Positions 1-11,662 are shown, counted from the whole stretch's first letter. The stretch is DNA of 63,873 nt, filler included, from Octopus bimaculoides (GCF_001194135.2; 7 parts of 7 records of this genome joined end to end with filler, not necessarily neighbours in it); one strand, 5' to 3'. The notes: generated by a model not told the origin, from the letters alone. Program-made: numbers and translations.

Positions 1-36
<36 letters not shown>

Positions 37-843
37 AATTACACATTTCTCTTAATGCACTGAAATTGCCCTTTCAAAAAATTGTCCCAGTCTTTACTGT
101 ACAGTGTTTTTAAGTGTTTTTCTACAGCTAGTCAAATGTTGCTTGCAAAATATTTCTTTCCCTTTCCTTGTGTTTTGCATTCACTTTTAATTCAACTCTT
201 AACACACTTTGCCTCCTCTTAATTTTGTATTTTTCCTTTATGTCCCTTTTGTCTTTGAATACTTTCAAGTTTCAAGCTAACATGTTGCTTTGTAACTTGG
301 AGATGAAGAAAGAAAGAAAGAAAGAAGAGTCCAATGGTTTGAATTATAATTATTTTAGCCCTTCCTCTCCCTCTTTTTTTTTTCTTCACTTATTTTAAAT
401 TTCTAAATACTTTAATATAAATAATTTTTGTATTTTTAATTGAAAAATAAAAATAAAAATGACCAAAGTTTTGAAAAATTTCTATCAGTCCTGTTTGGTT
501 TTCTGTAGAATACTAGTTAGTAGGAAGAGAAAGAAGAATACATCCATATTAAAATCATATAATCCTTAATTTTTTCTTCTAATGACTTTGTGTGGATTAC
601 TGACTAAACATATTTAATTACAAATCTTTTAGAAGTAGGGTACCTTGTGATATCTCTATCAACTCCTCTTGTAAGTTAGTTACAGTTAGTATACCTGCTT
701 TCATATAGTAGTAGATTCTTTTCACCTGTTGTTGGCTGAGTCTACTTAGGCAACAAATAGATGTATAATCATGTGTGAAACTCGTCACTGTAAAAAGCAA
801 CAAGCTTTGTTAGCTTATAGGGGCAGAGTTCAAAAACTCTTAA

Positions 844-1253
844 CCTTTTTAGTATTTAAACTGGCCATATCCTGCCCAAACATTGTTTTATGTTGAAATT
901 GACCAGATCCAAACCTCTCATACCTACCCTACAATGTCATCCTATAGCCTGGGGCTGGCCAAAGCCTTGAGTGAATTTGGTAGATGGAAACTGAAAGAAG
1001 CCTGTTGTATATATCTTTCCCCCATCACCGCTTGACAACTGGTGTTGGTGTATTTAGGTCCCTGTGACTTAGTGGTTCAGCAAAAGAGAACCGATAGAAT
1101 AAGTACTAGGCTTAAAAAGTAAGTCCTGAGGTCAATTTGTTTGACTAAAAGCCTTTAAGGCAGTGCTCCAGCATGGCTGCACTCAAATGACTGAAACAAC
1201 TAAAAGAATAAAATAAGCAATGCATTTCACAAAGAAACCTGAATGCTAATGGG
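844..1253. mobile_element. piggyBac-type MITE (TTAA TSD) with a SINE inserted inside
   Basis: TTAA|CCTTTTTAG at 840-852 and GCTAATGGG|TTAA at 1245-1257; internal CTGGCCA...ACCCTACAATGTCAT shared with the copy at 11388-11662. Confidence 0.6.
943..1213 (+). mobile_element. SINE family 1, 5'-truncated copy
   Basis: Matches 44223-44601 family: AAAGCCTTG(T)GAGTG..TTTGGTAGA.GGAAACTGAAAGAAGCC ... GATAGAATAAGTACTAGGCTT ... ATGACTGAAACAA.TAAAAG. Confidence 0.8.
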
Positions 1254-1644
1254 TTAAGGGCTTAGAAAAGGCAGTGTTGACCCATTCCAAAGCTGTGCCC
1301 ACAGGATTTATCTGCAAATTTTCAATTAGTTGTTTTAACAATGATATCTATTAACTTCCCATCTTGAACTGGTAGTGTCAAAGTATTTAGGGTCCAGTAA
1401 CTAAAACATTTTTTTTTTTTTTTACCCCTTCTTGGGTTTTCAATAAATGAATTGCCACACAAACTGGATGTGTTGTTGGGTGTGAGCAGCAATAAAACTT
1501 CATTATTGCAGCATCTCAGTGACTGTTGAAAGAGAGAAACTAGGTTGTCTGACTGATTTAATCTTTTGGTGCTGTAATGAATGTGACATTTTCTTTATCA
1601 CAATTTATCTGGAGATTAGTTTCTTTTGTGTGTGTGTGTGTATA

Positions 1645-3140
1645 CAGTACCATGCAAAAGTCTTTGGCCACTTTATGGTAAATTTCTGCCAACTATAAGT
1701 GGATGTTTCACATTGCAGTTTTCACAGATGAAACATTGGCCCTGTTGNNNNNNNNNNNNNNNNNNNNNNNNNNNNNNNNNNNNNNNNNNNNNNNNNNNNN
1801 NNNNNNNNNNNNNNNNNNNNNNNNNNNNNNNNNNNNNNNNNNNNNNNNNNNNNNNNNNNNNNNNNNNNNAAGCAAGACAACCCCCAAAAGTTTTCGGCTA
1901 TCTCACATAAACCAATCAAGATAAAATGTTTTAAAACAAAATATCTAAAATGAAAAATATGTCAAGACGTTTCTGTACATTGTTAATATTTTGTGTGGTT
2001 TCCCTTAGCTTGAATAATTGCTTCAATGCACCTGGGAAGAGATGTGTACAAATCTTTCACCATCTTAACACATATGAGATTGCATGGATTCTTCTGAAGA
2101 AAACCCTTAGTTCTGTCCACATTGCTTGATGATATTTAAATAGGGGCTCTGAGCTGGCCAATCTTTCAATACAGTAACACCTTTATCAGCCAGACTCTGT
2201 TGTGTTGCATGCAATCTGTGGCATGGAGTTCCATCATGCTGAAAAACCTCACCTTCATTCAAGTCTGGTGTTAAACTGTCCTTCAGCAACTGGATGTATT
2301 TGGCACTATTCAACTTACTGTCAATTTTTAACCAACTTCCTTGAACCATCACTTATGTATCCCCCAAAGCATCAGATTCTTACCTCCAAACTTCACTGTT
2401 ATCATCATGTAATGTGGGTCGTTTCACTTTCCTGGAGTCTCTCTGACAAATTCTTGCTTATTAGAAAGTGAAACAACCCACATTACACAACGCAAACAGT
2501 GAAGTTTGCAGGTAAGAGTCTGATGCTTTGGGGATCCATAAAAAGTCGATGGTTCAAGAAAGTTGGTTAAAATTGACAGTAAGTTGAATAGTGCCAAATA
2601 CATCCAGTTGCTGCAGGACAATTTGATACCAGACTTGGATGAAGTGAGATTTTTCTGCATGACAGAGCTCCATGCCACAGATTGGCTGATGAAGGTGTTA
2701 CCGTATTGAAAGATTGGACAGAACTAAGGAGGAGAGTTTTCTTCAGAAGAATCCATGCAGTCTTGAAGAGTTGTGGGAGTTCAGCCAAAGAATGGCATCT
2801 CATACATGTTAAGATGGTGAAGGATCCCAGGCACATTGAAGCAATTATTCAAGCTAAGGGAAGCCACACAAAATATTAACAATGTACAGAAACTTCTTGA
2901 AATGAACATTATGTAATCAATTTTCATTATAGACATTTTTCTGTTCCATTTTTGGTGGCTGTGTCACATCTTCCCCTCATTCACAACCCCTACTACAAAA
3001 TATAATAAGGCGTGGAAATGACTCCAGCGGTGCCAATATTTCATCTGTAAAAAATGCAATGCAAAACATTCACTCATAAGTTTGCAATTAGTAGAAATTT
3101 ACAATAGTTTAAAGTGGCCGAAGACTTTTGCAAGGTACTG
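1645..3140. mobile_element. Tc1-family DNA transposon derivative, fold-back of two transposase 3' halves
   Basis: TIRs CAGTACCATGCAAAAGTCTTTGGCCACTTT (1645, preceded by TA) and its near reverse complement ending at 3140. DDE-region peptides on both strands: minus ...FQHDGTPCH...DWPAQSPYLNII; plus ...IEAIIQAKGSHTKY*. Confidence 0.85.
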
Positions 3141-3851
3141 TGTGTGTGTGTGTGGGTGGGAGACGTATTTTTAGTAGTGCAAGTAACAGATTGGGTCTTT
3201 TCATTCTTGTTCTTTGCATTGCAATCTTTTTGTTTCTCTCTCCTACAGTAAGGCATTCTATGTTGGGGATATTTTAACTGGTTGCCTTTCCTCACATTAA
3301 TCTCAACAGTGCTACCAGCACTCGGATGACTCAAAGGCAATGTTTATATATTCACATTGTTTTGAATTGTGCATTATATTGTAGATTTCAGACTTTGATG
3401 ATGTGATTGTTTTGAATGGCCTTACCATGAAAGTGTGAGGCCAGATCTGGCCAGTTTAAACGTAGCTGGTTTAAATGTTAAAAGGTTAAAATGATAGTAA
3501 TTCTAATTTCCAATACCAACAATTGTTTAGATGCTCCAACCAAAACACCAACTTGCAATGATTTCCCAGCTTACTTGATTGACATTTTCAGTTAATTTCA
3601 ATTTTTCACAATCTATTATTTAACCTTTCCCACAAAATTATTCTGAAATGTTAAGATTTTCTATTTCATTTAGGTTAAGCAATGGTATATCAAATTCCAG
3701 TTTGCCACAGACAAAATATTTATTACTCTATCATCATTATCATCGTTTAACATCTGCTTTCCATGCTGGCATGGGTTGGACGGTTTGGTTGAGGGCGGGC
3801 AAAGTTTCTACAGCTGGATGCCCTTCCTAACACCAACCACTCTGAGAGTAA

Positions 3852-3892
<41 letters not shown>

Positions 3893-3894
<2 letters not shown>

Positions 3895-4315
3895 CATTTT
3901 TATATATGACGTTGACCACTAACATGGACATTCAGTGTGCTAGAAATAGATCACATCTTGTGTCTAATAAGACCTAAATTGTTCTCAACATGAAATATAG
4001 CAGTATACCAAAACGTAAGCGGGCAAGACATTTAAAATCACCGAAAAGGAACATTATTAAACAGGTTCTGATGATTATGATTCCATTACAAATCAGGCTG
4101 AAGAGAAATAAACAGTCGATAAGATTGTTAAATTTTGAAACCGGTCCCTGTTTAATGTTCCTTTTCGGTGATTTTAAATGTCTTGCCCACTTACGTTTTG
4201 GTATCACGCTATATTTCATGTTGAGAACAATTTAGGTCTTATTAGACACAAGATGTGATCTATTTCTAGCACATTGAATGTCCACGTTAGTGGTCAACGT
4301 CATATATAAAAATGT
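3893..4315. repeat. Long near-perfect inverted repeat (~170-bp arms, ~80-bp loop)
   Basis: 3893-4065 is the reverse complement of 4147-4315 with a handful of substitutions and one small indel; related copy at 31903-32224. Confidence 0.9.
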
Positions 4316-4699
4316 ACTTTAATCCCCTGAGATTGCAGATACTGTTTCTGAATCTCTTTGATTCTTTAAATGTGCTAGCGTCTTGGTAATTAATCGATAT
4401 TAATTAATATATGATTTTTTGCCATATTTTTTAATTACATATATATATTTATATATATATGTATGTATATACTGAACCTGTTTTGAGGTGAAGACTTTGT
4501 AAGAAAGAAGTGCATGCATATAGGAACTTTTCAACCACAGGCAAAGTGGCCAATGCTGGTGGCACATGGAAAAACTCCTTTTGAGTGCTGGGCCTCATGG
4601 AAGCAAATATTGACCTTGGCATTATGTCATGCTTAAGAAGAAAACCCATCAAGCCAAGTAAAATAGCAGTCATGGCAGATACTGGTGTCACACAAATGG

Positions 4700-4866
4700 C
4701 ACATAAAAGCACCCATTACACTATTGGAGTGGTTAGCATTAGGAAGGGCATCCAGCCATAGAAACGATGCCAAATCAGACTGGAGTCTGGTGCAGCTGGC
4801 CAGCCCTGCTCAAACTGTCCAACCCATGCCAGCATGGACAACAGACATTAAATGATGATGATGACA
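4700..4866 (+). mobile_element. SINE family 2 ((GAT)n-tailed) copy
   Basis: CATAAAAGCACCC...GGCATTAGGAAGGGCATCCAGC...CAACCCATGCCAGCATGGA...TTAAATGATGATG. Confidence 0.8.
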
Positions 4867-5235
4867 ACAATGCTTATACATACACATATATATGCGTATG
4901 GATCTATATGTCTCTTTTTCTCTTTCCTTCTCTTTTATATGTATGTACACACACTGGGCTTCTTTTTTTTTTTTTTTATATTTCTAATATACAGAAGCTC
5001 AAAATGTGTTTATGTATACACATATGTATAGGTACTGGCATAGGCGTATGGTTAAGGAATTTGCTTTGTAACCATGTCATCTTGGGTTTAATCCCATTAT
5101 GTGACACTTTGGGCAAGTGTCTTCTGCTATGGCCCTTGGCTAACCAAGCCTTAAGACTGAATTTGGTAAACAAAAGCTGAAAGAAGTCCTTTGTGTTTGT
5201 GTGTGTGGGTTAACTTCAGAAACTAGCTTTACAGG

Positions 5236-5570
5236 GTGCACACATGGCTGTGTGGTTAAGAAGCTTGTTTTGCAACTACATGGTTTCAGGTTCAGTCACA
5301 ATGCATAGTACCCTAGGGCAAGTGTTGTCTTCTGTAGCCTAGGCCTCACCAATACTTTGCAAGTGAATGTGGTTGATGGAAACTGAAATCTTTGTGTCCC
5401 CATCTGCTTGACAACTGGGATTGTTTTTTTCTATGTCCCCATAAAATAGTTCAGCAAAAGACCAAACAGAATAAGTATAAGACTTAAGAAAAAACAAATA
5501 CTGGGGATGATTTGTTTAATTAAACCCTTCAAAATGCTGCTCCAGTATGACTGAAACAAGCAAAACATAT
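5236..5570 (+). mobile_element. SINE family 1, decayed near full-length copy (a second head-only copy at ~5032-5215)
   Basis: tRNA-like head TGGCTGTGTGG...GGTTCAGTC, central GGGCAAGTG...GGAAACTGAA, 3' domain ending TGACTGAAACAAG. Confidence 0.7.
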
Positions 5571-5614
5571 TCACAGCTGTAACAATTTGTAATTCTTCTT
5601 TTTTTTTTTTTTGT

Positions 5615-6000
5615 CCTTCTGTCTAGAAATCAAAGGAAATGACTACAACCTCCTTCAAACTTTGCTTTTCTGACTTGGCCATCAATGTTTTCCATTACAT
5701 TTCAGACAGATTCAGTGCTGAGTTGTAGAAGTAGAAATATCCTTATAGCAAATGTTCTGCTCAATACCACAGATTTACTTGTCAGTTGCTTGATCTTAAT
5801 CACTTGAGCATGGCCCTTAATTTATTGACAATATGTGCATCTCTGATGATGAGCATGAGTAGTTGGGGAGCATCATAGCCATGTATTAAATGGGATTGTT
5901 TGAGGTTTGAATAAATGAAACAAAAGCAAAGTTTGAAGGAAATAGTCATTTTCCATATTTTCTTGGGGTAAGCAAATAGAAAATAATAGTTGCTACCCAA
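5615..6000. repeat. Dispersed ~380-bp repeat of unknown class (second copy 14130-14545)
   Basis: Colinear match CTTC.GTCTAGAAAT.AAAGGAAAT...CAGACAGATTCAG...CAATACCACAGAT...GTTGCTACCCAA between the two loci. Confidence 0.75.
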
Positions 6001-6182
6001 AAAGTTGTGTTATACAGTGTAATTCGAAGTTTTCTATTTATTTGCCATCCACCACCAAGATCAGCTCTGATCAAAGTGTTCCACCTTTGACCATCTTGTC
6101 TTATTTTTATACAGTGTTTTTGAGACTACATCTGAGGAATTTCAACCATGTTTCGTGGTTTGCTACCACAACAGCTCCTTTA

Positions 6183-6512
6183 TAGGATCCAGTTAGCTGA
6201 AGACATCGTCAGGAGGAACCACGTCCGGTTTCGGCCCCTACTCCTCTACCGTTTTGACGTGGCGGGGACCCTCATTTCGGAGGTGTCTTCAGCTCTGGTG
6301 TTGGGTGCATGTCTTCTTTCACTGTTTGTGACTGTTCTAATTCAACTGTGGAATGTCCCTCGCTATGGTTATTTTCCAGGAGGTTCTGGCCACACGTCTT
6401 ACGGTTCATCAACCCGCGTTGTTGAATTACTTTCTTCCGACATACCTTCCCTCGGTGGATTAGGATCCAGTTAGCTGAAGACATCATCAGGAGGAACCAC
6501 GTCCAGTTTCGG
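6183..6512. repeat. GC-richer segment bounded by 52-bp direct repeats
   Basis: TAGGATCCAGTTAGCTGAAGACATC(G/A)TCAGGAGGAACCACGTCC(G/A)GTTTCGG at 6183-6234 and 6461-6512 (2 mismatches, period 278). Confidence 0.85.
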
Positions 6513-6590
6513 ACTACACATTCTTTTAGTAATGTGTAGTCTAATTAAGAATTTGACTTATTTCTAGCAGATTTAGTAACCATATATATT

Positions 6591-6629
<39 letters not shown>

Positions 6630-7434
6630 GTTCTTTTGTTGGTTTATAAGTTTTGTGTAGTGAGAGATAAGAGCCATGCTCAGAACTGATGCTAGGGTAT
6701 TAAATACCTGGGGTCAGTTATAAAATGCATCATATCATGCATGTGTATACATCTCTCTTCCTCTGTTTTTAAAGAGAGCTTGGACATAGATATTGTCACC
6801 TGTATAGAAAATGGACGATTATACTAAGTATCTTTCCTCATTGTATTTCTCCTTTCTAGTTTACATAAAAGCAGCTAATTAATGCATATTAACAGGCACT
6901 CTATTACAAGTCAATCTGCTGTTAGATATTTTCCTTATTTTGTTCATACATCTTCACAGAGCCACATTGTAGTAAGTTACATTATCCTCAAAAATCTCAT
7001 TTTCTGAAAGATCCCAAGAAACATGTTTTTAATTAGTTGGTTGACAATGGATTTGGGGTGGTTAGATAACCTATGGATATAGTGCAAGCTCTCAATTTAG
7101 TTTTTGAAATTGGTAATACAAGCCTGAGTTTAGGTCAAGTATAATATCCAATAAGTTTAATATTCTTTCCAAAAGATCGAGAGGTTTTGAAGAATTTATG
7201 GAGACTTGCAAAGAGCTTCCAAATCAAAAGTAGAATAATTTGTTACTGTTAAGACTACAGTCCTCGTTTACACCAGCATGTAAGCTGAGGAAATTCTGAT
7301 TTAATTCACACACACACACACAAAAAATGCCTGATGCATTGGTAAGTTGAGCCAAATCAGATGAAACAATAGTAATATTGAAATTTTTTCACCTTGTCCA
7401 GAAGTTACAATGGAAGTGAATAATGTATTCCTAA

Positions 7435-8206
7435 CAGGGTATGGTGAATATATTTATCAAAATTACATAAAAATATATCTTGAAATACTAAGGAGTAAAT
7501 TTATTCAATAAAATTGCCATTGGCTTCAACCACGGCCTCTAGGCAACTTCAGAATCTTCTGCAACTCTTCTGGATGGTCTCCTTGTTTAAGTTGGTGAAT
7601 GTTGCCATAATCCTTGCCTTCAGTTCATCTTTGGTGTTAGAAGGAGTTTTGTTGGTCTCGCTCAACTGCACCCCATACATAATAATCTGGGGAGTTAGGT
7701 GGCCAGATGTTAGGGGTGATGTGGTTGCAGAAATTGTCTGACAGTCATGACTGGGTTCTCCCGCTTGTGTAGCATGGTGAAGAGTCCTGTTGCCAGACAG
7801 ACATAGGGTCTTCCAGCAGCCACCCTCTTGACCCAGGGCAGCATTACCTCCTCCTTGATGTAGGCCTTCATGTTAAGTCTGAGGAAAGATGGAGGCATGT
7901 CGCCATCACTAGTGATCACTCTAAACACCATGATGTTGGTTGGATGTTTGATTTTTATCACTCTCATTACATGTCCTCAGATTGACTCCCAAACACTCTG
8001 AAATGTTCATATTGGAACATCCAGTATGAATGCCAAGCAGTACAGCATGTCTTTTCCAAATTTCTGGCAGAGTGAATTGCATCATGGTGTGATTTTTCTA
8101 ACAGACGGTGCCCAACTGACCCTACTATACTGTGTAGTCAACAAAAACAATGCGCATGAGCAAAATTAAAAACATAAAATGGCAACAATTTACCCATCAC
8201 ACCCTG
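7435..8206 (-). mobile_element. Tc1/mariner (maT/DD37D-like) transposon remnant, internally deleted and frameshifted
   Basis: Peptides KHPTNIMVFRVITSDGDMPP, LPWVKRVAAGRPYV, NTKDELKARIMATFTNLNKETIQKSCRRF, LEAVVEANGNFIE*; terminal CAGGGTGTGATGG next to TA at 8207-8208, degenerate CAGGGTATGGTG at 7435. Confidence 0.8.
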
Positions 8207-8764
8207 TACATTTTTAGGCATGATGAAATTCTTTTTCTCTGTGCATCTATTTGTTTATCTGATATTTTATTGTACTTGTATACAAGTGTGTATATATACA
8301 TACATACATATATATATAATCTCCTTATTTCTTTCAATTGGGTGACAGCCTACCAGTATCATCATCTCACCTTTCATCTGTCTTATCTTCCTTTTTTTTT
8401 ATTATTTTTCTGCTTTCTTCTATATGGTTGACATGTTCTAAAAATCTGTTAAAAAACCCTGAAACCTGATATATATATATACAAAGTATGAGAACTTCAT
8501 GTAACATCTGCTGTTTGGCTCAGTTTTTTTTTTTTTTTTCTTGCATCACTTTTTTTTTTCCTTTATAGGGATGATACTAATATATTCATCATATTTCTGT
8601 ACAAACCTCATTCCCTGATGAAATGATGCATATATACACTGCATTAAAAAAAAAACATTAGTACATTCAGTGTTGAAAGGAACATAAGAACAAAGATATT
8701 GCAATATTGTTGTTCTTCAGGTGAGAGAAAAACTGGATAAAGAGGAATCACTTGTAATGTGCAA

Positions 8765-8995
8765 GAAGAGCAATGGCTGGTGTGGACATGTAAAACATAT
8801 GGAAGGGCAACAGACTAAGAAATGTCAGGAGATTTATGAATGAGGATCCAATGAAAGAGAGAAGAGCTGAAGTGGTGAAAGCCGATATCAGGAAGCTGAG
8901 CCTCACAAGAAAGATGGCAAAGAAATAATGGAATGTTGTATTAGAGATGACTTGTTTGATCCTTGCATAGAAAAATAGATATGAAAATGATTATA
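8765..8995 (+). mobile_element. RTE-clade LINE extreme 3' fragment, decayed
   Basis: WCGHVKHMEG and EVVKADIRKLSLT peptides typical of the RTE RT C-terminal region; ends in a decayed version of the SINE family 2 3' terminus. Confidence 0.5.
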
Positions 8996-9034
8996 TAAGT
9001 TTATATTTCACATGCACACATATATTCTCCTTCT

Positions 9035-9250
9035 CATCATCATTGCTTAATGTCTGTTTTCCATGCTGGTATGGGTTGGACGGTTTGACCGGAACTAGCA
9101 AGTAGGGGAGCTGCATCAGGTTCCAGTCTGATTTGGCTTGGTTTCTACTGTTGGATGCCCTTCTTGACACCAGCCACTTTAGAATGTGCTGGGTATTTTT
9201 TTTACATAGTGCCAGCATGAGTGGGTTTATGTGGCACTAGCACAGGACTC
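9035..9250 (-). mobile_element. SINE family 2 copy (CpG-decayed)
   Basis: CATCATCAT..TTAA.GTC.G.TTTCCATGCTGG.ATGGGTTGGACGG...GGATGCCCTTC. Confidence 0.8.
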
Positions 9251-9620
9251 TTGCAAGCTGATCCTTTCCAGCAGTGGGAAAAGTGTTAACACTTCTGCTG
9301 TGAAGAAGGACAGGTCTTCTTGAGCACAGCAAGATGCCAGATATCTCAGTCCTCTGTCATCAAATATGCACATCTTGAGGGCCTGAAAGCACTTTAGCCT
9401 ACCCCAACAATTTCTATTCCTCTAGAAAGCCTCTAGGTAAGATCCACTTTGGAGTACTGCTCCTATGTTTGGGACATTACGCTTGTCACACGTAAAGGCA
9501 CCTTGAACCATAATCCCCGAAATGCCACCTAACTAATGGCATGAAGTCACTCACCAACATGTTTCAACTCCCCTGCCATCAAGTCACTCACCAACATGCC
9601 TAAAACATCAAGCAAAGGCT

Positions 9621-10150
9621 ATGAGTAGCGATCCTGATACACATCACAAAGAAATGACCAGACTAAGAAACAATCTACTATGCAACAACTACCCAGAAAA
9701 CATACTATTCACTCCAATTCGGAAGAGGAGAGCGGATGAAACTTATAAACGGACTGCAGTCTGTCTCCCCTTTGTCAAAGGCCTTTTGAAAAAGATAGAA
9801 AAGACATGCAGTCCATATGACATCAGGACAGTATTCAGAAGTAATACAACACTTCGCAAGTAAAACCACCCACAGAAGAGAACATGACCAAAAGCTGCAT
9901 GTACTCCATCCCATGCAGTTGTGGTAGGTTATACAAAGGCGAAACATGCTGCCCCCTTAAAATAAGGGTAGAGGAACACAGTAAAGCTGTGACATGAGGG
10001 GATATTGAAAAATTGGGTATAGCCGATCATGTATGGAAAAACGGAGACCAGCTCCCCCTGTGGGATGAAGTTAAAATAGACAGAACACCACTGGAAAATA
10101 TGACAATTAAGAGGCAGCACATATACTAGGACACAACCTCCTAAGCAGAT
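9621..10150 (+). mobile_element. Penelope-like retroelement 3' remnant (RT thumb/linker plus GIY-YIG endonuclease), pseudogenised
   Basis: LCNNYPENIL...VCLPFVKGLLKKIEK...IRTVFRSNTTLRK, then in another frame CMYSIPCSCGRLYKGETCCPLKIRVEEH...IADHVWK...WDEVK (GIY-YIG Y-x-I-P-C...Y-x-G-E-T motif); stops and frameshifts. Confidence 0.85.
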
Positions 10151-10243
10151 TTAGTGCAGATACAAATGTAATAGGGGAATTGTTATTAAGACAAGATAAA
10201 ATATTAGGTTTATAAGCCCAAAAAGTCACTATAATTGTCTACA

Positions 10244-10517
10244 GGCATATAGCATAGTGGATAAGAGCATAGGTTACTAACCCTTGGATTCTGAGTTCAA
10301 TCCAAGGCAGGGACTTGGGAAATAATATCAACAAAAAATAACATCAGTGAAAAAAATACCTTAGGAATGAGAACAGAGTACCCTATTAGTCAAATAATGG
10401 GGTGGGTTTGAAATTCTACCAGAACACCTGATGAAGGCTGGAGAATACATCAGCTGAAACGTGGTAACAACAAACAAGGTGAAATCTCCTATCCACCCAT
10501 TGTAAATAATGTAAATA
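10244..10517 (+). mobile_element. tRNA-headed SINE-like element with hammerhead-motif tail (copy A)
   Basis: A box TAGCATAGTGG 10250-10260, B box GTTCAATCC 10295-10303, body AAAATACCTTAGGAATGAGAAC, CTGATGA-A-GGCTG..CAGCT-GAAAC at 10428-10460, tail TGTAAATAATGTAAATA. Confidence 0.7.
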
Positions 10518-11387
10518 CTCTACCTATCTTTCACACACATTCTCTCTCTCTCTTTCTTACTGCATTTCTCAACAACAGCAACCTATTTTTTTTAAAACAA
10601 ACTTTAAGTTTATATTTCACACTCTCTCACTGAGTTTCTCTAAACAACAACAACCTGTCAATATAGAGAATGTTGCATTGTCTCTATGTTGAAAGACATA
10701 CAGAAATGCACACATGCAACCAAAAGAATATCTATATTGTTATATAGCAAAAGTTGTTTTGAAGTGTGTGTTGTGTTGTGCTGAGAGACTTGCACTTAAA
10801 AATCCCTGCATTTTAAATCAAAATTTGTTAGTTACTAGGGTGACAACACTACTTATCTATCTTTCACATACACTATCTCACTGTATTTCTCTCTCAACAA
10901 TAACTTTTTCTCCTCTTCTTCATGTATATCTTGTGAAAGACAGACAGATGGAAATCAACTTGCGTTTTATAATATAAGATCAGACCTTCTTTTATAATTT
11001 TATAGTCACCATATCAGTTAGTGTTAGTGAAATTAAAGTAAAATTGAATTGGTCATCTAGAACTGTTTTCAAGTCAGTTTAATGGAGATGGTGGTAATAG
11101 TGGAGAAGTGTAATGGTTGTATCTTCAGAGCCGGTTTAACTGGAATAAAATGATTTAGCAGCTAAAAAAATAAAACATTTTCATACAATGCTAACTTCAA
11201 CAGAAAAGAACTACAAATAGTTAAGTAACAATGCATAATTAAGGGAAACTTCAACCGAAGGATCCTTCCCACGTTAACCTTCCCTAAAAACATATATGAA
11301 AAGATATAAACATTTTCATGTATCACCTTTGCCATCCTTGTAGATATAATTAGGGGAAAAAAGTTAAATAAGTTAGAGAGTCTTTAA

Positions 11388-11662
11388 CCCTTTAGCATTT
11401 AAACTGGCCAGATTCAGCTTCTCACACATACCCTACAATGTCATTCTCAGAATAATCAATCACATGATTGACATTTCAAATCTACGAGATAATGCATAGT
11501 GGCCAGATCTGGCTTCTCACACCTACTCTACAATGTCATTCTAAAAATAATCAACCACATCAACGAAATCTGAAAGCTATGAGATTAATTCAAAAAGATT
11601 AATTCAAAATAATGTAAATATATAAGCATTACATTTGATAGAGTAATCTAGGAGCTAAAGGG
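11388..11662. mobile_element. piggyBac-type MITE with internal ~100-bp tandem duplication
   Basis: TTAA|CCCTTTAGC ... GCTAAAGGG|TTAA; TGGCCAGAT...CTACAATGTCATTCT...AATAATCAA occurs twice inside. Confidence 0.8.

Noticed and set aside
3974-4235. Twin 81-aa ORFs with the same N-terminus on opposite strands (MKYS.IPKRK.ARHLKSPKRNI)
   Set aside because: A direct consequence of the inverted repeat; no domain or splice support.
6183-6512. Hammerhead ribozyme in the 52-bp direct repeat
   Set aside because: CTGANGA and GAAAC are present, but I could not form stems I and II in type I, II or III topology.
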